A stretch of DNA of 62,458 nt from a virus (IMGVR_UViG_3300045741_000405:1-62458); one strand, 5' to 3'; numbered from the stretch's first letter, positions 1-8,191 are shown. The notes: generated by a model not told the origin, from the letters alone. A program made the numbers and translations.

Positions 1-147
1 ATGGAAAATAGGGATGGAATGTAGAAGATGTGGATTTTCCGGTCCATGCCCCCCCCCTACAATATTCCTAAGAATGAATGCACACTATGACAGTATGGAT
101 TCATTCCTAAGAATATTTCCATTGCTACACTATAGTATTCATGTACG
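1..147. repeat. Terminal direct repeat / circular assembly overlap (left copy)
   Basis: 1-147 matches 62311-62458 except for one extra C in the poly-C run of the right copy. Confidence 0.95.
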
Positions 148-310
148 AAATATGTACCGAATATCCGTACACTATCCACCATAGCTACTATCCCTACCCA
201 CATAGGCGTTTCGCTTACCGATGACCCGCAGCATCCCATTGCGTATAATCGCTTACGTCGCATCTGGAACATCTGATTTTTCAGCTTTTAAAAGTAAAAG
301 CATCTGACTC

Positions 311-523
311 TTATTCCTCAGGAATAAAGAAGTCTTTAGGTAGGGTATCTATCTTAGTATTTACCAGGTGGATCAGGTAGCGCAGCATATCTGGGTAGGT
401 GATACCCCAAGTAGCGCATTTGTACTTGAACTTCTCTTTCTCCGCATGATCCACTTTAAAAGCAGCTAGCCATGATTCATTATGAGAATCAGGAACGCAG
501 TGAGTGATTCGATTATTATCCAT
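311..523 (-). CDS. Small protein, possible ribbon-helix-helix DNA-binding protein
   Basis: AGGAGG SD upstream; AFKVDHAEKEKFKYKCATWGITYPDMLRYLI resembles an RHH pattern (inference). Confidence 0.5.
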   Translation of the reverse strand: MDNNRITHCVPDSHNESWLAAFKVDHAEKEKFKYKCATWGITYPDMLRYLIHLVNTKIDTLPKDFFIPEE

Positions 524-566
524 ATTATCCTCCTAATGATGATTATATAGATAATGAGGATAATGT

Positions 567-767
567 CTATGAATTAATAAGTAGAGCTACCTTAGAGAGT
601 TTATAGTGGAGGAAGTATTTCGTACCACAGGCGATACAGTGATAGTACTCTACTAGAAGTGGTCCGTTCCTACCTGGGGTAGGATCATTGGGTTTGGAAC
701 ATACAGGACATGTGGCCGGTAGCTGGGTAGATAAATACCGTTTGACGGAAACAATACGCTCTTTCAT
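567..767 (-). CDS. Zn-ribbon protein
   Basis: CPVC...CIAC; abuts the upstream gene. Confidence 0.6.
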   Translation of the reverse strand: MKERIVSVKRYLSTQLPATCPVCSKPNDPTPGRNGPLLVEYYHCIACGTKYFLHYKLSKVALLINS

Positions 768-769
768 CG

Positions 770-1003
770 TTAGGATCCTGAATGATTCGATTGAATTTTA
801 TTCCTCAGGAATAATGCGTTTTGAGCGCGGATGAGATTGTTCGCTACCTTTACCCTGTTGTAATCGTTCACTACAAATAACGCATGAATTATTCCTGGGA
901 ATAACCCAAGGACACACAATGGTATGTTCAGAATAGCTTGAAATGGCTTGCCACATCCAAGTATCGCTAATGGCGGTAATATGATCGCTAAAAAATACAT
1001 CAT
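770..1003 (-). CDS. YqaE/Pmp3-family small membrane protein
   Basis: YFLAIILPPLAIL...LNIPLCVLGLFPGIIHALFVV matches the family pattern. Confidence 0.85.
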   Translation of the reverse strand: MMYFLAIILPPLAILGCGKPFQAILNIPLCVLGLFPGIIHALFVVNDYNRVKVANNLIRAQNALFLRNKIQSNHSGS

Positions 1004-1043
1004 GGTGAGAATCCTAAAAGTAGTGAATGATTCGATTGAATTG

Positions 1044-1277
1044 TCACCCCTCGTAATGAGAGAAAAAGAATCGGTACGGAGTACATACCCGCTTGTTCTC
1101 GTCTATGTACCTACGGTATCTGTACACCGCTACAGTATGAGTAATGAGATTATTCCTAGGAATAATTGAGAACATCGATTCGTTCTCCATCCTGATAGGG
1201 TAACGAATCTCCTCACCACATATGGAAGAATCGTGAAATACCTCACCATCACCAGGTCCACCTACAAGTATTACCAT
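1044..1277 (-). CDS. Hypothetical protein
   Basis: ORF in the leftward operon; LVGGPGDG N-terminus; preceded by a palindrome variant supplying AGGA. Confidence 0.55.
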   Translation of the reverse strand: MVILVGGPGDGEVFHDSSICGEEIRYPIRMENESMFSIIPRNNLITHTVAVYRYRRYIDENKRVCTPYRFFFSHYEG

Positions 1278-1297
1278 CAGCTATTCCTAAGAATAAT

Positions 1298-1615
1298 TCA
1301 AATGGGGTTACGAACTAAACTACACTCGTCCATGTACCGATCCTCAGATCCGTCCTCCACCCAATAATCATTACTAGATATAACTAACCCAAGATCATTC
1401 GTCGAATGCACTACACTGTCTGACCCGTTCTTGATATCTAATAACTTCTGAATAAATCCAGCAAGATTACCTCGATACCTCGCCTTCACATGATCCCTCA
1501 ACTCCAATGCCGTTACATGATGAACACTCCTACCACTACCACTGTACCCAATAAAACCAATAACACCTACCGGCCTACTACCTACCGTTAAATAAATCCA
1601 CTTCAAGTTAGTCAT
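1298..1615 (-). CDS. Hypothetical protein
   Basis: GGAGG SD before ATG at 1615. Confidence 0.6.
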   Translation of the reverse strand: MTNLKWIYLTVGSRPVGVIGFIGYSGSGRSVHHVTALELRDHVKARYRGNLAGFIQKLLDIKNGSDSVVHSTNDLGLVISSNDYWVEDGSEDRYMDECSLVRNPI

Positions 1616-1904
1616 CAAAACCTCCAATTATTCCTAAGAATAATCCCATTCCTCATTATTCCTCAGGAATAATTCATAGGAATAATGCCTATGTCATTAT
1701 GGCAGTTCACCACAAAAACACCCCCTCCATTCTGCATATATAATACTGCCTTGAAAAATTCCCCACTTTGTCATAACTATGGTTATCATAATTAGTTCTG
1801 ACACACATGTGAAAATTGGGGCATTTTGCCACACTTTTAAAGGGGGTGGACCTAAAAATAGCTGCGGGGTCCACCCCCATGGTAATGGAAGGAAAGAGAA
1901 AAGT

Positions 1905-3059
1905 CTAAGTAAGAACCTCAGGGTCCCAATCCTCAATTCCACTCAATACCCCGTACCTACGATAATTCAAAGCCTCCCTAATCGTACCACAGTCTGGATG
2001 CACAGGCTCTAAATGAAATATCCCCTCACTGTGGTTAACCATCTTCAAATATACCCTCTGCATCCCAATACCAAAGTCTATCCGATAAAGCTCGTAAGAT
2101 GCACCCTTCTTCAACTTGTCCGCACACATATCCAGTAACTTGTGCGGACAAACTGACAAAAGACGCTCTACACCTACCTTCCGTATGAATTCCCTACGGA
2201 CTTCGTTGTTTTGGATAGTGGTGTAATAAAAAGGATCAAGCTTTTCCGCAGGCGTATCACAAATGTACGCTGGCATGGGTATGCCATTAATACGCCAAAT
2301 GCTTACTCCGTCACGGTATTTTATGGCTGGACCGGTGGTACAACCGATGTCATTCCCCTCAAATAGCATTAGTTCTGGACGATCCTGTAGGATGGCTACG
2401 TCTTCGTATGCGTCCCACCACCCACAGTGTTGTGCAAGTTCTACAAGCCCCTCCAGCTTATCTCGATCTTCCAGATTATAGATAGTCCCAAAGAATTCGT
2501 AGAAAAGAAGCCATGCTGCTTCATGGCATCCAAGCATCTGAGAACCAACATGCGAAGAGATGAACGATTTACCTCTTCCTACCGTAGCGGTAATGTGCTT
2601 AATCAGCGTGCCCATAAGATCGTCAGTCTTTTTAAGGATCGGTAGTATCTTGCTCTTCTTATTCCCACAGAAATTGGATACTACCTCAATAATTTTTTCG
2701 GTACATCGCCTATGTACTTCCTCTGTCTCTAACCCATCGAATCTTAGATCTTTAAAATACTCTTCAAACTCTTCTCTAAAGGCATTAGCCCCTATTTTTT
2801 GAACTATGGTTTTGATTTTTGTGCCCACCCCAAACTCAATAGCTTTGAGTAATGCAGCCATCATGGCGCAGCTTATTGGAGATTTGGCATGTAGGAATAG
2901 CTTTGGGATAGGTTTCTTAGCTATCTTGTAACACTTTATAGCGGCTTTTTTGGCTTTTCCGTAGTCTAAGGGGTCACAGCTTGTGCCTATTTTTAGCCAT
3001 TTTTCCCCAAACTCGATAGCCGAGGCTTCTTGTTCCTTGGTTAAAACTGGTCTTTCCAT
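1905..3059 (-). CDS. DUF6745-like phage protein
   Basis: GCHEAAWLLFYEFF...LAQHCGWW...DRP...GPAIKYRDG...N.EVRR motifs recalled from that family. Confidence 0.7.
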   Translation of the reverse strand: MERPVLTKEQEASAIEFGEKWLKIGTSCDPLDYGKAKKAAIKCYKIAKKPIPKLFLHAKSPISCAMMAALLKAIEFGVGTKIKTIVQKIGANAFREEFEEYFKDLRFDGLETEEVHRRCTEKIIEVVSNFCGNKKSKILPILKKTDDLMGTLIKHITATVGRGKSFISSHVGSQMLGCHEAAWLLFYEFFGTIYNLEDRDKLEGLVELAQHCGWWDAYEDVAILQDRPELMLFEGNDIGCTTGPAIKYRDGVSIWRINGIPMPAYICDTPAEKLDPFYYTTIQNNEVRREFIRKVGVERLLSVCPHKLLDMCADKLKKGASYELYRIDFGIGMQRVYLKMVNHSEGIFHLEPVHPDCGTIREALNYRRYGVLSGIEDWDPEVLT

Positions 3060-3079
3060 GTATTATTCCTAGGAATAAT

Positions 3080-3406
3080 TCAGTCTTGAGAGACTGATTT
3101 CTCCATTTTTTCGTAGTCATACTCATACGTCGGACCGAATTCGTAGATTTTACCGGGGGAAAGACTCACGGAATGGTGGGTTTGATGTTCCAAGCTCACT
3201 CCTTCTTCTGTAATAACTGCGAACACTCGTCCATCTGCCTCAAAGACTTCGAACTGTTCCTTCGTCCCAACTAATTTGTGATGGTGTCCAGTAGCTTCTC
3301 CCTCTCGGATGATTACTCGATCAGTTTTAGCGGCATTTTTAGGAAGCTCTTTGACTTCCCAGATGTTTACGTCCCCTTGTTGACCACATTTATTGATTCG
3401 GTTCAT
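3080..3406 (-). CDS. Conserved phage protein (QGDV...EGEATGHHH), usual neighbour of DUF6745-like genes
   Basis: GQQGDV, EGEATGHHH and H.TH motifs; GGAGG SD. Confidence 0.7.
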   Translation of the reverse strand: MNRINKCGQQGDVNIWEVKELPKNAAKTDRVIIREGEATGHHHKLVGTKEQFEVFEADGRVFAVITEEGVSLEHQTHHSVSLSPGKIYEFGPTYEYDYEKMEKSVSQD

Positions 3407-3414
3407 AAGTCCTC

Positions 3415-3744
3415 CTATAGGCCACGAGAATGAAGTATCCCTGCGATATCTTCTCTGGATTTATTAGATGTATCATTCCAGGAAATGATTTCGAAGAACA
3501 ATTTGCTACCATCTTCTTTGAGCGATGGATAGGTGGTGCATAATTTTTCGTATACCCCAAGAGCAGCACCGTATTCTCCCATTCTTAGGAATAATTCGTA
3601 TTCCTTCTTAGACATTTTTCCAAATGTTCCTTCATACGCAGCTCCTAATGTGCAACTTGAACGTCCATCGCAGCCAAACAGGCAACGAACGCTCTTATCT
3701 GGACGAATACTTGTTCCACGGATGATTGCATTGGATAGTTTCAT
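3415..3744 (-). CDS. Hypothetical protein (MKLSNAII...), coupled to the last array unit
   Basis: ATG at 3744 overlaps the TGA of array unit 8; normal-complexity sequence. Confidence 0.7.
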   Translation of the reverse strand: MKLSNAIIRGTSIRPDKSVRCLFGCDGRSSCTLGAAYEGTFGKMSKKEYELFLRMGEYGAALGVYEKLCTTYPSLKEDGSKLFFEIISWNDTSNKSREDIAGILHSRGL

Positions 3745-3911
3745 CGGCTCCGGCTCCTGCTCCTGCTGCGGCTGCGGCTCCAGCTCATGCTCATGCTCCA
3801 GCTCCCGCTCCGGCTCCAGCTTCGGCTCCGGCTCCAGCTCTCGCTCCGGCTCCGGCTCCAGCTCCCGCTCTTGCTCCATCGATTAGTCTGGATCATCATG
3901 TGGATGGTCAT
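3741..3911 (-). CDS. Ser-X repeat peptide, unit 8 (MTIHMMIQTNRW..., 56 aa)
   Basis: Not in the ORF track (<60 aa); ATGA overlaps at both ends. Confidence 0.65.
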   Translation of the reverse strand: MTIHMMIQTNRWSKSGSWSRSRSESWSRSRSWSRSGSWSMSMSWSRSRSRSRSRSR

Positions 3912-4132
3912 CGGCTCCAGTTCCTGCTCCTGCTGCGGCTCCCGCTCCAGCTCCAGCTCCCGCTCCGGCTCCGGCTCCAGCTCAGGCTCCAGCTACGGAT
4001 CCCGCTCCCGCTCCCGCTCCAGCTCCGGATCCGGCTCCGGCTCCCGCTCCCGCTCCCGCTCCGGCAACGGATCCAGCTCCGGCTCTCGCTTCTGCTCCAA
4101 CGATTAGCTTGGATCATCATGTAGGTGGTCAT
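3908..4132 (-). CDS. Ser-X repeat peptide, unit 7 (MTTYMMIQANRW..., 74 aa)
   Basis: Conserved leader, ATGA coupling. Confidence 0.65.
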   Translation of the reverse strand: MTTYMMIQANRWSRSESRSWIRCRSGSGSGSRSRIRSWSGSGSGIRSWSLSWSRSRSGSWSWSGSRSRSRNWSR

Positions 4133-4305
4133 CGGCTCCAGACCCCGCTCAAGCTCAGGCTCCTGCTCCCGCTCCGGCTCCGACTCCCGCTCCTGCTCCA
4201 GCTCCGGCTCCAGCTCCAGCTACGGATCCAGCTCCCGCTCGCGCTCCGGCTCCTGCTCCGGTTCCAGCTCCATCGATTGGATTGCGTCATCATGTGGGTG
4301 GTCAT
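4129..4305 (-). CDS. Ser-X repeat peptide, unit 6 (MTTHMMTQSNRW..., 58 aa)
   Basis: Conserved leader, ATGA coupling. Confidence 0.65.
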   Translation of the reverse strand: MTTHMMTQSNRWSWNRSRSRSASGSWIRSWSWSRSWSRSGSRSRSGSRSLSLSGVWSR

Positions 4306-4526
4306 CGGCTCCGGCTCTGGCTCCGACTCCAGCTCCCGCTCCAGCTCCAGCTCCCGCTCCGGCTCCCGCTCCAGCTCCCGCTCCAGCTCCCGCTCTCGCT
4401 CCTGTTTCGGCTCCTGCTTCGGCTCCCGCTCCAGCTCCCGCTCCAGCTCCCGCTCTCGCTCCTGTTTCGGCTCCTGCTTCGGCTCCAGCTCCATCGATTG
4501 GATTGCGTCATCATGTGGGTTGTCAT
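4302..4526 (-). CDS. Ser-X repeat peptide, unit 5 (74 aa; internal 60-nt duplication)
   Basis: Conserved leader, ATGA coupling; sequence starting at 4381 and 4441 is duplicated. Confidence 0.65.
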   Translation of the reverse strand: MTTHMMTQSNRWSWSRSRSRNRSESGSWSGSWSGSRSRSRNRSESGSWSGSWSGSRSGSWSWSGSWSRSQSRSR

Positions 4527-4747
4527 CGGCTCCAGCTCCCGCTCCGGCTCCAGCTCCCGCTCCGGCTACCGCTCCGGCTCCTGCTCCTGCTGCGGCTCCA
4601 GCTCATGCTCATGCTCCAGCTCCCGCTCCCGCTCCGGCTCCAGCTCATGCTCCAGCTCCCGCTCCCGCTCCCGCTCAGGCTCCGGCTCCGGCTCCAGCTT
4701 CGGCCCCCGCTCCATAGATTAGCTTGGATCATCATGTGAATGGTCAT
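4523..4747 (-). CDS. Ser-X repeat peptide, unit 4 (MTIHMMIQANLW..., 74 aa)
   Basis: Conserved leader, ATGA at the 3' end. Confidence 0.65.
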   Translation of the reverse strand: MTIHMMIQANLWSGGRSWSRSRSLSGSGSGSWSMSWSRSGSGSWSMSMSWSRSRSRSRSGSRSGSWSRSGSWSR

Positions 4748-4764
4748 CGGCTCCAGCTCATGCT

Positions 4765-5016
4765 CTAGCCCCTGCTCCAGCTCATGCTCCGGCTCCCGCT
4801 CCGGCTCCCGCTCCCGCTCCGGCTCCCGCTCCCGCTCCAGCTCCAGGTTCTGCTCCCGCTCCCGCTCCTGCTCCCGCTCCTGCTCCCGCTCTCGCTCAGG
4901 CTCCGGCTCCCGCTCCGGCCCCAGCTCCAGCTCCCGCTCCCGCTCCCGCTCCTGTTTTGGCTCCTGCTTCGGCTCCAGCTCCATAGATTGGATTGCGTCA
5001 TCATGTGGGTTGTCAT
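4765..5016 (-). CDS. Ser-X repeat peptide, unit 3 (MTTHMMTQSNLW..., 83 aa; early TAG)
   Basis: Conserved leader; TAG lies seven codons upstream of the usual coupled TGA. Confidence 0.6.
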   Translation of the reverse strand: MTTHMMTQSNLWSWSRSRSQNRSGSGSGSWSWGRSGSRSLSESGSRSGSRSGSGSRTWSWSGSGSRSGSGSRSGSRSMSWSRG

Positions 5017-5243
5017 CGGCTCCCGCTCCCGCTCCCGCTCCAGCTCAGGCTCCCGCTCCAGCTCCAGCTCCCGCTCCCGCTCCGGCTCCAGCTCCGGCTC
5101 CCGCTCCTGCTCCGGCTCCCGATCCCGCTCCCGCTCAGGCTCAGGCTCCGGATCCGGCTCCAGCTCCAGCTCCAGCTCCCGCTCCTGCTCCCGCTTCGGC
5201 CATAGGTCCAACGATTAGCTTGGATCATCATGTGGGTGGTCAT
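5013..5243 (-). CDS. Ser-X repeat peptide, unit 2 (MTTHMMIQANRW..., 76 aa)
   Basis: Conserved leader, ATGA coupling. Confidence 0.65.
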   Translation of the reverse strand: MTTHMMIQANRWTYGRSGSRSGSWSWSWSRIRSLSLSGSGIGSRSRSGSRSWSRSGSGSWSWSGSLSWSGSGSGSR

Positions 5244-5452
5244 CGGCTCCAGCTCCAGCTCCCGCTCTGGCCCTCACTCCCGCTCCCGCTCCTGCTCCGA
5301 CTCCAGTTCCGGCTCCGACTTAGGCTCCGGCTCCAGCTCCCGCTCCGGCTCCGGCTCCCGCTCCGACTCCAGGTTCTGCTCCCGCTCCAGCTACAGATCC
5401 CGCTCCAGCTCCAACGCCAAGGATTAGATTTTGTCATCATGTGAATGGGCAT
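5240..5452 (-). CDS. Ser-X repeat peptide, unit 1 (MPIHMMTKSNPW..., 70 aa; alternative start 5470)
   Basis: Diverged leader, same body and ATGA end. Confidence 0.6.
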   Translation of the reverse strand: MPIHMMTKSNPWRWSWSGICSWSGSRTWSRSGSRSRSGSWSRSLSRSRNWSRSRSGSGSEGQSGSWSWSR

Positions 5453-5460
5453 GTGAAATG

Positions 5461-5495
5461 GCCTGCCCATGGGATCATTATTTCCATGGGCAGGC
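5461..5495. other. GC-rich stem-loop between the 95-aa gene and the array
   Basis: GCCTGCCCATGG (5461-5472) / CCATGGGCAGGC (5484-5495), perfect 12-bp inverted repeat. Confidence 0.75.
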
Positions 5496-5506
5496 TACTA
5501 TCCTTT

Positions 5507-5794
5507 CTACTTCTGAGTTCTAGGGAGAGGGTGCAGCCAGATGGAGATGTCGACCACTGCGGCCCGTGCAACCCACACCGGTGAGCCATCGGGATAGGGC
5601 TCAACCTCCGCGAATTGGCCGGTTTTTAATGAGTCGGCGAATCGGCCTGTCTCCGCAATCCAGGCGGCATCCTTCAAAATGAAATATTCAGGAGTCACCT
5701 CCTCACATTTCCCAGTGAAGTAATTGGTGCAAGTCTTGATAAAAATCGACTTGCCGGTGAACGGACAACCGCTTTGCTTTTTGGCTTTTGCCAT
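5507..5794 (-). CDS. Small beta-rich protein, possibly Sm/LSm-like fold
   Basis: GKSIFIKT..NYFTGKCEEV...FILKDAAWIAETGRF...EVEPYP; AAAGGA SD; fold is inference. Confidence 0.7.
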   Translation of the reverse strand: MAKAKKQSGCPFTGKSIFIKTCTNYFTGKCEEVTPEYFILKDAAWIAETGRFADSLKTGQFAEVEPYPDGSPVWVARAAVVDISIWLHPLPRTQK

Positions 5795-5858
5795 TAGCTA
5801 TCCTTTCTTGCTAATTCCACGAATCCACTACTCTTTTTTCTGTTTGGCACTGTCACGG

Positions 5859-5887
5859 ATGGTACGATGCTTAAGATGGAAGATCAA
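5859..5887 (-). promoter_or_regulatory. Sigma70-like promoter for the leftward operon
   Basis: TTGATC-17 nt-TACCAT on the - strand with an AT-rich upstream tract. Confidence 0.5.
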
Positions 5888-6006
5888 GAAGAAATTTTAA
5901 AATTTTTGTTCCTCCTCGAAAGTCTTGTGGATACCCGTACAGGTTCAGAGCTTAGCCCATAACGGTTTTTTGGTGTGAATTTTTATTTCTCTACTATAGT
6001 TTCTGT

Positions 6007-6687
6007 ATGGCAAAAAAAGAAATTCTCAACCTTGATGAACTTGATCTTCCGTTGAGCAGTTTGAAAACCACACCAAGAGAAAAAAAGATCTTGGAGAAGC
6101 AGCAGTATCTTCAGGAAACAAATATTTCTGTTGGGAGGTGCCATGATTGCCCGGTAAACGATGCTTGCGCGTACCGGAGTGAGACCTCAATTACCTGTGG
6201 TGCTGCAAATGCCGCGATTAAATATTTTGAGGACGAAGTATACAAAGTTCCGCATATCTCGAAAGAAGATTCAATAGGGATACGCTCTTTGGCCAGCATT
6301 TATGCTTCAGGAATAATTGCGGAGCTGTATTTCAAGCGCTTTGGTTCTGTTGGGTTTAAGGTACTGGCAGATGGATCAAGACAAAGAGCGTTTATTGAGC
6401 TACATACGCAGTATTTGAGGATTCAGAAGCTTTTACAGGAGGGTTTAGGGCAATATGGGCTTACTCCAATGGGTCGAAAGCAGCTTATTCCTAAGAATAA
6501 TGGGTCGGAAATAGGCAAAAACAGCCTACATTTGTACCTTCAAACCATCGGAAAAGGACCAAAAAAGGCTGAAATTATCGACCAAAAAGAGGAAAAACAA
6601 GCCCTTCCAGAGCCATCTTTGCTACCAGATGGGATAGAATACCACCCATTAGAGGGTCTAAAAGTAGGCATTTTGAATGAATCTTAA
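6007..6687 (+). CDS. terS: Putative terminase small subunit
   Basis: Directly upstream of and overlapping TerL; YGLTPMGRKQL resembles the P27-type TerS motif. Confidence 0.65.
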   Translation: MAKKEILNLDELDLPLSSLKTTPREKKILEKQQYLQETNISVGRCHDCPVNDACAYRSETSITCGAANAAIKYFEDEVYKVPHISKEDSIGIRSLASIYASGIIAELYFKRFGSVGFKVLADGSRQRAFIELHTQYLRIQKLLQEGLGQYGLTPMGRKQLIPKNNGSEIGKNSLHLYLQTIGKGPKKAEIIDQKEEKQALPEPSLLPDGIEYHPLEGLKVGILNES

Positions 6688-8191
6688 GGATCAAATCGAC
6701 ATAATTTCCTTCTGTAAGGATCCAAAACTACTGAATCTTCCCCTTTTGGATACCCAAGAGGTAATTTTAAGGGCTATTTATAACCTTCCAGTTACCCCAG
6801 AGCAACGCAAGCTCTACCGGGACGTTTTTGATACTCCATATCCAAAGATAAAACGACCATACGATCAAACTTGTCTTGTTCTTGGTCGTGGTAGTGGTAA
6901 GTCTACCCTGTCAGCCGCCATTGCCGCTTACGAAGCTTGTTGCACGGATTGGAAGAAGTATCTCCGACCTGGTGAGGTAGCTAACATATTCATATTCGCC
7001 ACTAGAGAGCAACAGGCTATCGAGGTTGGGCGGAATATGATCTTCAATATGATTGAGGCTTCTCCAATTCTGAGGTGCTTGATTGAATCCGGTAAAGATC
7101 AAGAGTTGCGGTATCTACCCAAATCAAGAGCTGGAACAATGGTGCTTTCTACGGGTGCTGCTATTACTGCCATGCCCTGCTCTGCTAAAGTTGGTAGAGG
7201 ATATCCTATTGCCATCATTATCCTAGATGAGGCAGCTTGGTATGCTCGGGAATCAAAGAATGATGCCACTGATCAAGGCATCTATGACGCGATGTTTCCG
7301 AGAATGTTTCAGTTTAAAGAAGATGCGAAAATGATCATCATTTCCTCCCCAGCAGATAAAACTGGCCTGGTTTGGGAAAGGTATGAAAAACGCGAGAAGC
7401 ACAAAGATCTCTATCTTTGCGTACGTGCCCCTACTTGGAAGATGCGGACAGATCTAACAAAGGATCAGTATCGTAAATTCGTAGACACACAAAGAATTCT
7501 TTCCCCACTTGGGTATAACAGAGAACTCGGAGCAGAATTCTCGTCCACGAAAGATCCACTATTGGATCGTGTATCTATTGAACGATGTACCAGAAAAGAA
7601 TTGGTGTACACACCCTTATCAAGGGATACCAAGTATTCGTACGTCATGGCGTTTGATGCAGCCTTTGGTGATAACGATCGTTTTGGGATTGCCATCGGGC
7701 ATATTGAGGAACGTAAAAAAGATGAGTTCAAGGTCATCATCGATCTTGCTGAGATAGTTTCAGCGATGCCCGGAGATGATTTTGTGTCTTATGCGGCTGC
7801 GCGTGTTGTTGAGCTATACCGTAAATATGACCTCTTTGAGGTATTTTGCGACCAATACCAGGCCGATTCATTTGGATCTATCCTTGAAGGGCAGGGGTGC
7901 AATGTCACGGCCGATGCATGGACAGCCGCTACACATCGTACCAAGTATGGTAGGTTAAAGAATTTCGTAAAACGACAGCTCATCGAATTTCCAAATAATG
8001 ATGACCTTATTGATGAACTGTGCGGAATGCAGATTCGTTTCCTTCCTACCTCTGGGCAGTACACGGTGGAGCATCAGATCGATGGGCATGACGACATCGC
8101 AGATGCGGTTGCTGAAGTTACTTTTCGACTCACAGAAGATCTCCAAATGGCACAAGGGGTGTACACGTCAGACGGGCAGCATATAAAGTGA
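6677..8191 (+). CDS. terL: Terminase large subunit
   Basis: Walker A GRGSGKS, Walker B IIILDEAA, nuclease AFDAA...HDDIADA. Confidence 0.93.
   Translation: MNLKDQIDIISFCKDPKLLNLPLLDTQEVILRAIYNLPVTPEQRKLYRDVFDTPYPKIKRPYDQTCLVLGRGSGKSTLSAAIAAYEACCTDWKKYLRPGEVANIFIFATREQQAIEVGRNMIFNMIEASPILRCLIESGKDQELRYLPKSRAGTMVLSTGAAITAMPCSAKVGRGYPIAIIILDEAAWYARESKNDATDQGIYDAMFPRMFQFKEDAKMIIISSPADKTGLVWERYEKREKHKDLYLCVRAPTWKMRTDLTKDQYRKFVDTQRILSPLGYNRELGAEFSSTKDPLLDRVSIERCTRKELVYTPLSRDTKYSYVMAFDAAFGDNDRFGIAIGHIEERKKDEFKVIIDLAEIVSAMPGDDFVSYAAARVVELYRKYDLFEVFCDQYQADSFGSILEGQGCNVTADAWTAATHRTKYGRLKNFVKRQLIEFPNNDDLIDELCGMQIRFLPTSGQYTVEHQIDGHDDIADAVAEVTFRLTEDLQMAQGVYTSDGQHIK

Larger units (their letters stand above)
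3741..5452 (-). repeat. Array of 8 units: ~36-nt conserved junction plus (GGAGCN)n hexamer tract
   Basis: Junction ATGACMAYYYACATGATGAY.CA..C.AATC..TGG repeated; start-to-start periods 209, 227, 269, 221, 221, 173, 221, 167 nt, all 5 mod 6. Confidence 0.95.

Noticed and set aside
57-272. 71-aa - strand ORF
   Set aside because: No SD or motif, and it lies over the terminal repeat and short repeats; too weak to call
4765-4767. Amber stop-codon reassignment
   Set aside because: Core genes are intact under the standard code and several end in TAG next to the following gene
3744-5211. Acidic (Glu-X)n N-terminal extensions (MELEPE...) fused to the next unit
   Set aside because: Their ATG is lost in some units (CGA>CGT), and substitutions are non-synonymous in this frame but synonymous in the Ser-X frame; not fully excluded
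3745-5412. Diversity-generating retroelement (NGCTCC resembles A-to-N mutagenesis of AGCTCC)
   Set aside because: No reverse transcriptase and no invariant template repeat in the genome
3726-5444. Long + strand ORFs (APAPAP, LQLRL, SSSRS)
   Set aside because: By-products of a stop-free hexamer; opposite to operon direction, with no SD or coupling
3741-5452. CRISPR array (about 36-nt repeats with variable spacers)
   Set aside because: Spacers are 130-230 nt of low-complexity hexamer, the repeats vary like codons and encode a start/leader, and no cas genes are present
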